A DNA stretch of 64,000 bases from Alphaproteobacteria bacterium. Lineage in GTDB: Bacteria > Pseudomonadota > Alphaproteobacteria > SP197. The first letter of the stretch is position 1; each line of letters opens with the position of its first letter. This document shows, piece after piece, positions 39,375 to 47,607 of the stretch. The notes beneath the pieces are model-generated. The model did no database searches. It was given only the letters and a program-made list of their open reading frames with translations, and was not told the origin of the DNA. The DNA lies in assembly GCA_963666905.2 (NCBI GenBank), contig OY763008.1, forward strand, positions 3,924,071-3,988,070, written 5' to 3'. The position numbers were made by a program, and so were the translations under genes.

Positions 39375-40688
39375 GTGGCGGCCGCCATCGGCGGCATCGT
39401 GTGGATCGTCGACCGGGGCGGCGCGGTGACGCTCGTCTGGGACGCCTGGGAGGTCACCACCACGACCCCGGTGCTGGTCCTCGCGGCGGTCCTGCTCGCC
39501 GTCACGGCCGTCATCGCCGTCCTCCTCGTCCTGTGGCTGACGAACGCGCCCTTCCGGCTCCTGCGCGCCCTGGGCACGCGCCGCAAGGAAAAGGGCTACC
39601 AGGCGCTGACCTCGGGCCTGGTGGCGGTGGCCGCCGGCGACGCCTCGGGCGCCCGCGCCTGGGCCAGGAAGGCCGACAGGCTCCTCGACCGGCCGCCGCT
39701 CACCCTGCTGCTCACCGCCCAGGCGGCCCAGCTCGACGGCGACGGCAAGGAGGCCGAGCGCCGCTTCACCGCCATGCTGGAGCGTCCCGAAACGGAGTTC
39801 CTGGGCCTGAGGGGCCTGATGGTGGCGGCCCGCAGGCGTGGCGACCGGGAGGCGGCGGGGGAGTATGCCAGGAGGGCCCATGCCCTGCGGCCCGACGCGG
39901 TGTGGGCCGCCGAGGCCGTCTTCGAACTGCAGACAAGCGCCGGGGACTGGGACGCGGCCCGGCAGACGCTGAAGTCGGCGCGCGACCGCAAGGTCATCGC
40001 CACGGCGCCGGGACGGCGCCGCCACGCCGTGCTGCTCGTCGAGGAGGCACGCCGGGCCGTCGACGGCGGGCGTCCCGGCGAAGCGCTCGGCCTTGCGCGC
40101 ACGGCGCATGGCGAGGCCCCGGACCTGGTGTCGGCGACCGCGCTCCTGGCGCGCCTGTTGATCGACAAGGGCAAGGACCGCCAGGCCGCCAGGGCCATCG
40201 AGAAGACCTGGAAGTCGTCTCCCCACCCCGACCTCGCCGGGCTCTACGGCGAGACCGCCGGCGGGGAAGCGAACGGGCGCTACCGCCGCCTGGAGCGTCT
40301 GCTGGGAATCGCCTGCGACGACCGCGAGGCGCGCCTCGCGGCGGCGCGGGCCGCCCTCGACGCGAGGCTCGTCGGCGAGGTGAGACGCCACCTCAAGGCG
40401 ATCGGCGACGAGCGGCTTTCGGCCCGCGAAATCGGCCTCTGGCTCGCCCTGGAGAAGCACGAGGACAATGCCGCCGAGGTCGAGAGGTGGCAGGAGCGCA
40501 TGCTGGAGGCCGCTCCCGACCGGGCCTGGCAGTGCGGCCGCTGCGGCCACGTCTCGCGCGACTGGCATGCGGTCTGCGGCGAATGCAGCGCTTTCGACAC
40601 GGCGGTCTGGCGCAGCCCCGGCTCCTTCGATGCGCCGGCCGGGACCGGTCCGGCGATCGGCCACCCCGATTCCGGCGGCGGCCATTGA
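39375..40688 (+). CDS. hemY: HemY-like TPR membrane protein
   Basis: N-terminal TM helices, TPR-like repeats, and a C-terminal zinc ribbon WQCGRCGHVSRDWHAVCGECSAFD. The start is uncertain; the frame is open upstream, with a CTG at 39345. Confidence 0.65.
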   Translation: MAAAIGGIVWIVDRGGAVTLVWDAWEVTTTTPVLVLAAVLLAVTAVIAVLLVLWLTNAPFRLLRALGTRRKEKGYQALTSGLVAVAAGDASGARAWARKADRLLDRPPLTLLLTAQAAQLDGDGKEAERRFTAMLERPETEFLGLRGLMVAARRRGDREAAGEYARRAHALRPDAVWAAEAVFELQTSAGDWDAARQTLKSARDRKVIATAPGRRRHAVLLVEEARRAVDGGRPGEALGLARTAHGEAPDLVSATALLARLLIDKGKDRQAARAIEKTWKSSPHPDLAGLYGETAGGEANGRYRRLERLLGIACDDREARLAAARAALDARLVGEVRRHLKAIGDERLSAREIGLWLALEKHEDNAAEVERWQERMLEAAPDRAWQCGRCGHVSRDWHAVCGECSAFDTAVWRSPGSFDAPAGTGPAIGHPDSGGGH

Positions 40689-40743
40689 CCTGCCGCCGCC
40701 GCTGCGACTAGGTTCTGCGCCACGAGGCCGATGGGCCGAAGTA

Positions 40744-40818
40744 GCTCAGTGGTAGAGCAACTGATTCGTAATCAGTAGGCCGGGAGTTCGAATCTCCCCT
40801 TCGGCACCACCACCCCAT
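40744..40818 (+). tRNA. tRNA-Thr (anticodon CGU), CCA encoded
   Basis: Folded manually. Acceptor GCCGAAG/CTTCGGC, D arm GCTC/GAGC, anticodon stem ACTGA/TCAGT with loop TTCGTAA, T arm GGGAG-TTCGAAT-CTCCC. 75 nt. Confidence 0.85.
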
Positions 40819-40836
40819 GACCGGAACCGGGTCGGC

Positions 40837-41976
40837 ATGACCGAGTGTGACGTCATCATCGTCGGAGCGGGCGTGGTCGGTGCCTCCCTGGCCTGGCGCC
40901 TTGCGCCGCACCGGCGTGTGGTGATCGTCGAGGCCGAGGACCAGCCAGGCTACCACAGCACGGGGCGTTCGGCCGCCCACTACACCGACGTCATCGGCGG
41001 CACGGTGATCCAGGCGCTGTCCGCCGGGACGCGGCGGTTTCTCGACGACCCGCCCCCCGGGTTCTGCGACGCGCCGCTGATCCGCCACCGCCCCGTCCTC
41101 CTGCTCATCGGGCGCAACACGGAGGATCCGAAGTTCACCGCCGAGGGGCTCCGCCACGTCATCGGCAGCGTCCTCTTTCCCGTCGACCGCGCGTCGTGCC
41201 TCGAGCGCTGTCCGGTGCTCAGGGGCGACATGATCGAGTCCGGGCTCTGGGAGCCGGCGGCCGGCGACATCGATGTCCACGCCATCCACGGCGGCTACCT
41301 CGCGGGCGCCCGCAGGGCCGGTGCCGGGCTTCTCCTCGACGCGAGGGTCCGCGCCATGGAACGCCGCGGCGGCCTGTGGCGCGTGGAGACGGCCGATGCC
41401 GTGCTCAAAGCGCCGGTCGTCGCCAACTGCGCCGGCGCCTGGGGAGACGAGATCGGCCGCATGGCGGGCGCGGAGCCGGTCGGCCTCGTTCCGATGCGGC
41501 GCACGGCCTTCACCTTCCGGGGCCCCGAAGGCGTCGATCATGCCGACTGGCCCCTGGTGGCCGACGACGGCGAGGGGTTCTACTTCAAGCCCGAGGCGGG
41601 GATGCTCATGGGCTCCCTGGCCGACGAGACGGCGAGCGCGCCCGTGGACGCCGCGCCGGACGAAATGGACCTCGCCCTGGCGGCGCACCGCATCATGGAG
41701 TGGACGACGCTCGACATCCGCCGCATGGAGAGCCGCTGGGCGGGGTTGCGGAGCTTTGTCGGCGACAGGCTGCCGGTGACCGGGTTCGACGGCCGCCTCG
41801 AGGGATTCTTCTGGAACGTCGGGCAGGGGGGTGCGGGGATCCAGACCTCGGCCGCCCTTTCGGCGCTGGCCGCCTCGCTGATCCTGGAGCGCGGCATCCC
41901 CGTGCCGCTCGCCGAGGCCGGGGTGGACGCTTCGGACCTGTCGCCGTCAAGGCTGACCGGCGCCCGTTCCCCCTGA
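40837..41976 (+). CDS. FAD-dependent oxidoreductase (DAO family)
   Basis: N-terminal dinucleotide-binding motif DVIIVGAGVVGAS. About 379 aa. Confidence 0.75.
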   Translation: MTECDVIIVGAGVVGASLAWRLAPHRRVVIVEAEDQPGYHSTGRSAAHYTDVIGGTVIQALSAGTRRFLDDPPPGFCDAPLIRHRPVLLLIGRNTEDPKFTAEGLRHVIGSVLFPVDRASCLERCPVLRGDMIESGLWEPAAGDIDVHAIHGGYLAGARRAGAGLLLDARVRAMERRGGLWRVETADAVLKAPVVANCAGAWGDEIGRMAGAEPVGLVPMRRTAFTFRGPEGVDHADWPLVADDGEGFYFKPEAGMLMGSLADETASAPVDAAPDEMDLALAAHRIMEWTTLDIRRMESRWAGLRSFVGDRLPVTGFDGRLEGFFWNVGQGGAGIQTSAALSALAASLILERGIPVPLAEAGVDASDLSPSRLTGARSP

Positions 41977-41994
41977 ACGGGCGCCGGGGGCCGT

Positions 41995-43383
41995 TCAGGC
42001 CGCGTCGAGCAGGCTCTCCTGGCGGACGTGCTCGAGGGTATCGTCGAGGGCCGCCTTCAGACGATCGAACATCTGGTGGATCTGCGCCTCCTCGATGATA
42101 AGCGGCGGACACACCGCAACCGAGGTGCCGGCGGTGGCGCGCACGATGAGGCGGTGCGCCAGGCAGCGGTCGCCGCAGTAGGTGGCGATCCCGGGCCCGA
42201 AGTTCTCGCGGGTCTCCTTGTTGCGGACGAGCTCGACGGCGCCGATGAGGCCGGTTCCCCGGGTCTCGCCGACGATCGGGTGGTCCTTGAGGGCATGCAG
42301 CCTCTCCTGCATCACCGGCGCGATCCTCGCCACGTGGTCGGCGATGCCGATCTCGTCGTAGATCTTCAGCGTCTCGACGGCAACGGCGGCGGGCACCGGG
42401 TGACCCGAATAGGTAAAGCCCGTGGCGAGCACGCCGTTCTCGTCGGAAAAGTCGCGCATCGGACCGTAGACCTTATCGTTGACGATGACGGCGCTGATCG
42501 GCAGGTAGGCCGACGACAGCTGCTTGGCCACGACCATGATGTCGGGCTCGATGCCGAAGGTGTTGCAGCCGAACAGCCGGCCCGTGCGGTGGAAGCCGCA
42601 GATCACCTCGTCGGCGATCATCAGGACATCGTACTTGCGCAGCACCGCCTGGATCTTCTCGAAGTAGCCCTTCGGCGGCACGATGACGCCGCCTGCGCCC
42701 ATGATCGGCTCGGCGACGAAGCCGGCGACGGTGTCCGGGCCTTCGGCGAGAATCAGCTGTTCGAGCTCCTCGGCCCGGCGCGCCGCGAACTCCTCTTCCG
42801 ATTCGCCCTCGGCGCCTTCGTGGTAGAAGTGGGGTGAGCCGGTATGAAGGATGTTCGGGATCGGCAGGTCGAAGCCCTTGTGCATGAGCGGTATGCCGGT
42901 GAGGCTTCCCGACGAGACGCAGATGCCGTGGTAGCCGCCCATGCGCGCGATGATCTTCTTCTTCTCCGGCTTGCCGCGGGCATTGTTGTAGTACCAGACG
43001 AACTTCACCATGTGGTCGTTGGCTTCCGAACCGGAGTTGGCGAACCACACCTTCGACATCGGCACCGGAGACATCTCGATCAGGCGTTCGGCGAGCTCGA
43101 TCGACGGCATCGACGAGCGGTGGAAGAACGCGTGGTAGTAGGGAAGCTTGCGCATCTGGCGGGCCGCGGCCTCGACGAGACGCTCGTTGTTGAACCCCAG
43201 GGAGGTGCACCACAGGCCGGCGAGGCCCTCGATGTAGGTGTTGCCCTCGAGATCCTCGACGTAGACGCCGTCGCCCTTCTCGATGATGAGCGGGCCGACC
43301 TTCTCGTGCGCCACGAGATTGGAATAGGGATGGATGACGGACGCGATGTCGCGGGCGTGCGGCGAATTGGGAATGACGTTCAT
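41995..43383 (-). CDS. class III (omega) aminotransferase
   Basis: Motifs ANSGSEAND, DEVICGFHRTGRLFG and VVAKQLSSAY (PLP lysine). Confidence 0.85.
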   Translation of the reverse strand: MNVIPNSPHARDIASVIHPYSNLVAHEKVGPLIIEKGDGVYVEDLEGNTYIEGLAGLWCTSLGFNNERLVEAAARQMRKLPYYHAFFHRSSMPSIELAERLIEMSPVPMSKVWFANSGSEANDHMVKFVWYYNNARGKPEKKKIIARMGGYHGICVSSGSLTGIPLMHKGFDLPIPNILHTGSPHFYHEGAEGESEEEFAARRAEELEQLILAEGPDTVAGFVAEPIMGAGGVIVPPKGYFEKIQAVLRKYDVLMIADEVICGFHRTGRLFGCNTFGIEPDIMVVAKQLSSAYLPISAVIVNDKVYGPMRDFSDENGVLATGFTYSGHPVPAAVAVETLKIYDEIGIADHVARIAPVMQERLHALKDHPIVGETRGTGLIGAVELVRNKETRENFGPGIATYCGDRCLAHRLIVRATAGTSVAVCPPLIIEEAQIHQMFDRLKAALDDTLEHVRQESLLDAA

Positions 43384-43442
43384 GGTGGCTCGTGTCCCTG
43401 GCAGGTCTTTTCAGTCGACGGGGCTACTTTGTGCCACCCGGT

Positions 43443-43459
43443 GACGGTTGGCAACCGTC
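43443..43459. promoter_or_regulatory. 17-bp palindrome GACGGTTG-G-CAACCGTC in a divergent intergenic region
   Basis: Perfect 8-bp arms, read directly. It lies between the aminotransferase start (43383) and the IOR start (43511). Confidence 0.3.
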
Positions 43460-43510
43460 GGAGCCGGGCGCTATGCTGGGACCTCCCCTCAAGGAGCGTG
43501 ATCGCCTGCG

Positions 43511-46500
43511 ATGCCTTTGCGAGAGGTCAGCCTCGATGACAAGTATGTCCTCGAGGACGGGCGAATCTACCTGACGGGCGTCCAGGCCCTGGTTCGCCTG
43601 CCGCTGGAGCAGCGCCGGCGCGACGCCAGGGCGGGGCTCGACACCGCGGGCTTCATCTCCGGCTATCGCGGCTCGCCGCTGGGAAGCTACGACCAGCAGC
43701 TGTGGCGCGCCGCGAAGCACCTTGCGGAGCACCGCATCCACTTCCAGCCGGGAATCAACGAGGACCTCGCGGCGACCGCCATCTGGGGAAGCCAGCAGGC
43801 GGCGCTCTTCGACGATGCGCGCCATCAGGGGGTGTTCGCCTACTGGTACGGCAAGGGACCGGGGGTCGACCGCTCCGGCGATGTCTTCAGGCACGGCAAC
43901 CTCGCCGGCTCGGCGCGCCACGGCGGCGTCCTCCTGATCGCCGGCGACGACCACGGCTCGCGGTCCTCGACGCTGCCGCACCAGAGCGAGCAGGCCTTCG
44001 TGGCGGCCGGCATTCCGGTGCTCAACCCGGCCGGCGTCGCCGAGATCCTCGAGTTCGGCATCGCCGGCATGGAGATGTCCCGCTTCTCCGGCTGCTGGGT
44101 CGCGCTGAAGGCGACGGCGGACAATCTGGATGCCTCCGCCTCGATCGACGTGCGTTCCGGGCAACCGGTCATCCGCACCCCGGAGCTGCCCGGGGGCGGC
44201 CTCAACATCCGCTGGCCCGACCACTGGATGGACCAGGAGGCGCGGCTCCACACCGGCAAGCTGGATGCGGCGAAGGCCTTCGTCCGCCTCAATCGCCTCG
44301 ACCGGGTGGTGTGCGACGCCCCCGGCGCGCATCTGGGCATCGCGACGACGGGAAAGGCCTGTCTCGACACGCGCCAGGCCCTCGAGACCCTCGGGGCCGA
44401 CGCGGCGGGGCGCGTGCGCCTCTACAAGATCGGCATGTCCTGGCCGCTTGAGCCGCAGGGTCTCGCCGCCTTCGCCGAGGGTCTCGAGGAGATCCTCGTC
44501 GTCGAGGAAAAGCGCCCCCTCGTCGAGACGCAGGTCAAGGAGGAACTCTACCACCTGCCTCCCGGCCGGCGGCCGCGCGTCTCGGGCAAGACGGACCCTG
44601 AAGGCGCGCCGCTGCTGTCGTCGAACGGCGAGCTCGAATCGCCGGCGATCGCCCGGGCCATCGCGCGGCGTCTCGACGCCGTGACGGGGGGCATGGCTTT
44701 CCAGGACCGTCTCGGCGCGCCCGCCGAAGCGACGCCCGAAGCGCCGCTTGCGCGCACCCCCTGGTTCTGCCCGGGCTGTCCCCACAACACCTCGACCCGG
44801 GTGCCCGAGGGCAGCAGGGCGACGGCCGGCATCGGCTGCCACTTCATGGCGCTGTGGATGGACCGCGACACCTCGACCTACACGCACATGGGAGGCGAGG
44901 GGGCGTCGTGGATCGGCCAGGCGCCGTTCGTCGCAACGAACCACGTCTTCACCAATCTCGGTGACGGCACCTACACCCACTCGGGCCTTCTCGCCATCCG
45001 CGCCGCCGCCGCGTCTGGTGTCAACATCACGTACAAGATCCTCTTCAACGACGCGGTCGCCATGACCGGCGGCCAGCCGGCCGACGGCGGCCTCACGGTG
45101 CCGCAGATCGCCCGCCAGGTGGCGGCAGAGGGGGCGAAGGCCATCTGCATCGTCACCGACGAGCCCGGCAAGTACCCCGCCGCCACGCAATGGCCACCGG
45201 GGTGCCGGGTGCACCACCGCGGCGGCCTCGACGCCGTCCAGAGGCACCTGAGGGACGTCCCCGGGCTCACCGTGCTCATCTACGACCAGACCTGCGCCGC
45301 GGAGAAGCGCCGCCGGCGCAAGCGCGGGACGCTCGCCGACCCGCCGCAACGGGTCTTCATCAACGAGCTGGTGTGCGAGGGTTGCGGCGACTGCGGGCGG
45401 GCGTCGAACTGCGTCTCCATCATGCCGGTGGAGACCGAGTTCGGGCGCAAGCGGCGCATCGACCAGTCCTCCTGCAACAAGGACACCACCTGCCTCGACG
45501 GATTCTGCCCGAGTTTCGTGACGGTGACCGGCGGCCGGCCGCGCGTGGCAAGACCGGACGTCCTGCCCCCGGAATCCCTGCCCGAACCTCCGGCCCCCAC
45601 GCCCTCGCAACCCCACAGCATCCTGGTGGCCGGCATCGGCGGCACCGGCGTGGTGACGATCGGCGCCCTGCTCGGCATGGCGGCGCATCTCGACGGCAGG
45701 GGCGTGTCGGTGCTGGACATGATCGGGCTGGCCCAGAAGGGGGGCGCGGTCGTCAGCCACGTGCGCATCGCGGCCACGCCCGAGGACCTTCACGCCGCGC
45801 GGATCGCCGAGGGCGCCGCCGACCTCCTGCTGGCCTGCGACATGGTGACGGCGGCAGCGCCCGAGAACCTCGCCAGGCTTTCCGCCGGGACCACGGCGAT
45901 CGTCAATTCCGAGGAGACCATGACCGGGGCCTTCACGCTCGACCCCGACCTTGCCTTCCCGGCGGCCCCGATCCGCGCCGCGCTCGAGAACGCCGCCGGC
46001 CGCTGCCACACCGTCGACGCCACGCGGCTCGCCCGCCATCTCCTGGGCGACAGCATCGCCGCCAACCTCTTCCTCGTCGGCTACGCCTGGCAGAAGGGTC
46101 TCGTCCCGGTGACGCGCCAGGCGCTCGAGCGGGCGATCGAGCTCAACGGGGTCGCCGTCGAGGCGAACCTCGGGGCCCTGCAGTGGGGCCGCTGCGCCGC
46201 CCACGACATGGGGGCCGTCTCCCGCCTCGTCCCCGCACCGCCGCAAGCCACCTTCGAGGACCTGACGGAGCGCCGCGCGGCGTTCCTGACGGACTACCAG
46301 AATCATGCCTGGGCCGCCCGCTACCGGGCTCTCGTCCAGCGTATCGCCGACGCCGAGGACGAGCGCACGCCGGGCCGCAAGGATCTCCGGCGCGCCGTCG
46401 CCCGCCACGCCTTCAAGCTGATGGCCGCCAAGGACGAGTACGAGGTGGCGCGGCTCTACACCGACGGCAGCTTCGCCGCCTCCCTTCAAGAAGCCTTCGA

Positions 46501-46924
46501 GGGCAACGTCCGGCTCTCCTTCCACCTCGCCGCACCCTTCGTCTCGCGCCGCGACCCCGCGACCGGCCATCTCGTCAAGCGGACCTACGGCCCCTGGATC
46601 CTCCCCCTCTTCCGGATCCTTGCGGCCATGAGGCGCCTGCGCGGCACACTCCTCGACCCCTTCCGCCTCACCCGGGACCGCCGCGAGGACCGCCGCCTCG
46701 TCGCCGACTACTTCGAGCTCATGAACGAAGTAGCCGCCGGCCTGACCCTCGAGAACCACGAGGCCGCCGTCGCCCTCGCCAGCATCCCCGACGCCATCCG
46801 CGGCTTCGGACACATCCGCCACCAGAGCCTCGCCCAAGCCCGCAAGGCCGAATCCCAAGCCCTCCACAAGTTCCGCGAAGCCGCAACCCCGAACGCGTCC
46901 GGTGACCGCCTCACGGCAGCGTGA
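43511..46924 (+). CDS. indolepyruvate ferredoxin oxidoreductase family protein (fused alpha/beta)
   Basis: 1,137 aa. The N-terminus YLTGVQALVRLPLEQRRRD matches the family, and there is a ferredoxin-type Cys cluster CEGCGDCGRASNC. Confidence 0.85.
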   Translation: MPLREVSLDDKYVLEDGRIYLTGVQALVRLPLEQRRRDARAGLDTAGFISGYRGSPLGSYDQQLWRAAKHLAEHRIHFQPGINEDLAATAIWGSQQAALFDDARHQGVFAYWYGKGPGVDRSGDVFRHGNLAGSARHGGVLLIAGDDHGSRSSTLPHQSEQAFVAAGIPVLNPAGVAEILEFGIAGMEMSRFSGCWVALKATADNLDASASIDVRSGQPVIRTPELPGGGLNIRWPDHWMDQEARLHTGKLDAAKAFVRLNRLDRVVCDAPGAHLGIATTGKACLDTRQALETLGADAAGRVRLYKIGMSWPLEPQGLAAFAEGLEEILVVEEKRPLVETQVKEELYHLPPGRRPRVSGKTDPEGAPLLSSNGELESPAIARAIARRLDAVTGGMAFQDRLGAPAEATPEAPLARTPWFCPGCPHNTSTRVPEGSRATAGIGCHFMALWMDRDTSTYTHMGGEGASWIGQAPFVATNHVFTNLGDGTYTHSGLLAIRAAAASGVNITYKILFNDAVAMTGGQPADGGLTVPQIARQVAAEGAKAICIVTDEPGKYPAATQWPPGCRVHHRGGLDAVQRHLRDVPGLTVLIYDQTCAAEKRRRRKRGTLADPPQRVFINELVCEGCGDCGRASNCVSIMPVETEFGRKRRIDQSSCNKDTTCLDGFCPSFVTVTGGRPRVARPDVLPPESLPEPPAPTPSQPHSILVAGIGGTGVVTIGALLGMAAHLDGRGVSVLDMIGLAQKGGAVVSHVRIAATPEDLHAARIAEGAADLLLACDMVTAAAPENLARLSAGTTAIVNSEETMTGAFTLDPDLAFPAAPIRAALENAAGRCHTVDATRLARHLLGDSIAANLFLVGYAWQKGLVPVTRQALERAIELNGVAVEANLGALQWGRCAAHDMGAVSRLVPAPPQATFEDLTERRAAFLTDYQNHAWAARYRALVQRIADAEDERTPGRKDLRRAVARHAFKLMAAKDEYEVARLYTDGSFAASLQEAFEGNVRLSFHLAAPFVSRRDPATGHLVKRTYGPWILPLFRILAAMRRLRGTLLDPFRLTRDRREDRRLVADYFELMNEVAAGLTLENHEAAVALASIPDAIRGFGHIRHQSLAQARKAESQALHKFREAATPNASGDRLTAA

Positions 46925-47119
46925 GCCGTCCGCGACAACATTCCCGGTTGCAATGCCCAGTATAGGAGCGCGGAATCCGGGAAAGGAGCAGGTCCGCCGG
47001 CCGTGAGCACCATCTGTCGCGCTCCGGTGCTGTCGCGGGATGTTCCACGCGTTCGCCTGTCACGACTCACAACCGCCTCCCTCCAAATCTGCGGGATTAT
47101 CAATTGCTGAAAACAGATA

Positions 47120-47488
47120 TCAAATTCCAACCAGGCGTTTGAGTTCCCTCGGCATTTGCTCCGATCTCCAGTGATGAAGGAGCCAATCTTTCGAAACTGG
47201 GTTGATGTAAAGAATGCGAGTTGGGCTATGAGTCAAGCTGCATGCCAAAAGAAAGGTCCTGCCATGCGATGACTTGCGGAGTTTGTATTTCTTATCCCGA
47301 ACGCCTTCTGGATAGTTGAGATGAAGAAATTTCAATACAAATTCACGCCTCCCTGTCTTGAGAGGTAAAAACTCATAAACCTTGATTGGCGAGTATGCAA
47401 TACTCCCTCTCTTAATGGCCTCACCTGAAAATTCATCTCCAAGAAAAGTGCAGGCGTACCAGTTATTGTTCTCGATGATCAGGTTCAA
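47120..47488 (-). CDS. hypothetical protein (orphan ORF in the low-GC segment)
   Basis: 122-aa ORF with a TTG start. Its composition (Lys/Asn/Ile/Tyr rich) is unlike the rest of the window. No recognisable motifs. Confidence 0.3.
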   Translation of the reverse strand: MNLIIENNNWYACTFLGDEFSGEAIKRGSIAYSPIKVYEFLPLKTGRREFVLKFLHLNYPEGVRDKKYKLRKSSHGRTFLLACSLTHSPTRILYINPVSKDWLLHHWRSEQMPRELKRLVGI

Positions 47489-47607
47489 GCTTGATCTCCA
47501 CAGAAATCATTTCGTTGACGAGGTCGCGGGGTGACACTACGGAATTGTTTCGGCGGTTTATCGCGATGCACGGCCAAGATACCTTGATGGCGCCAATTGA
47601 ACGAAGG

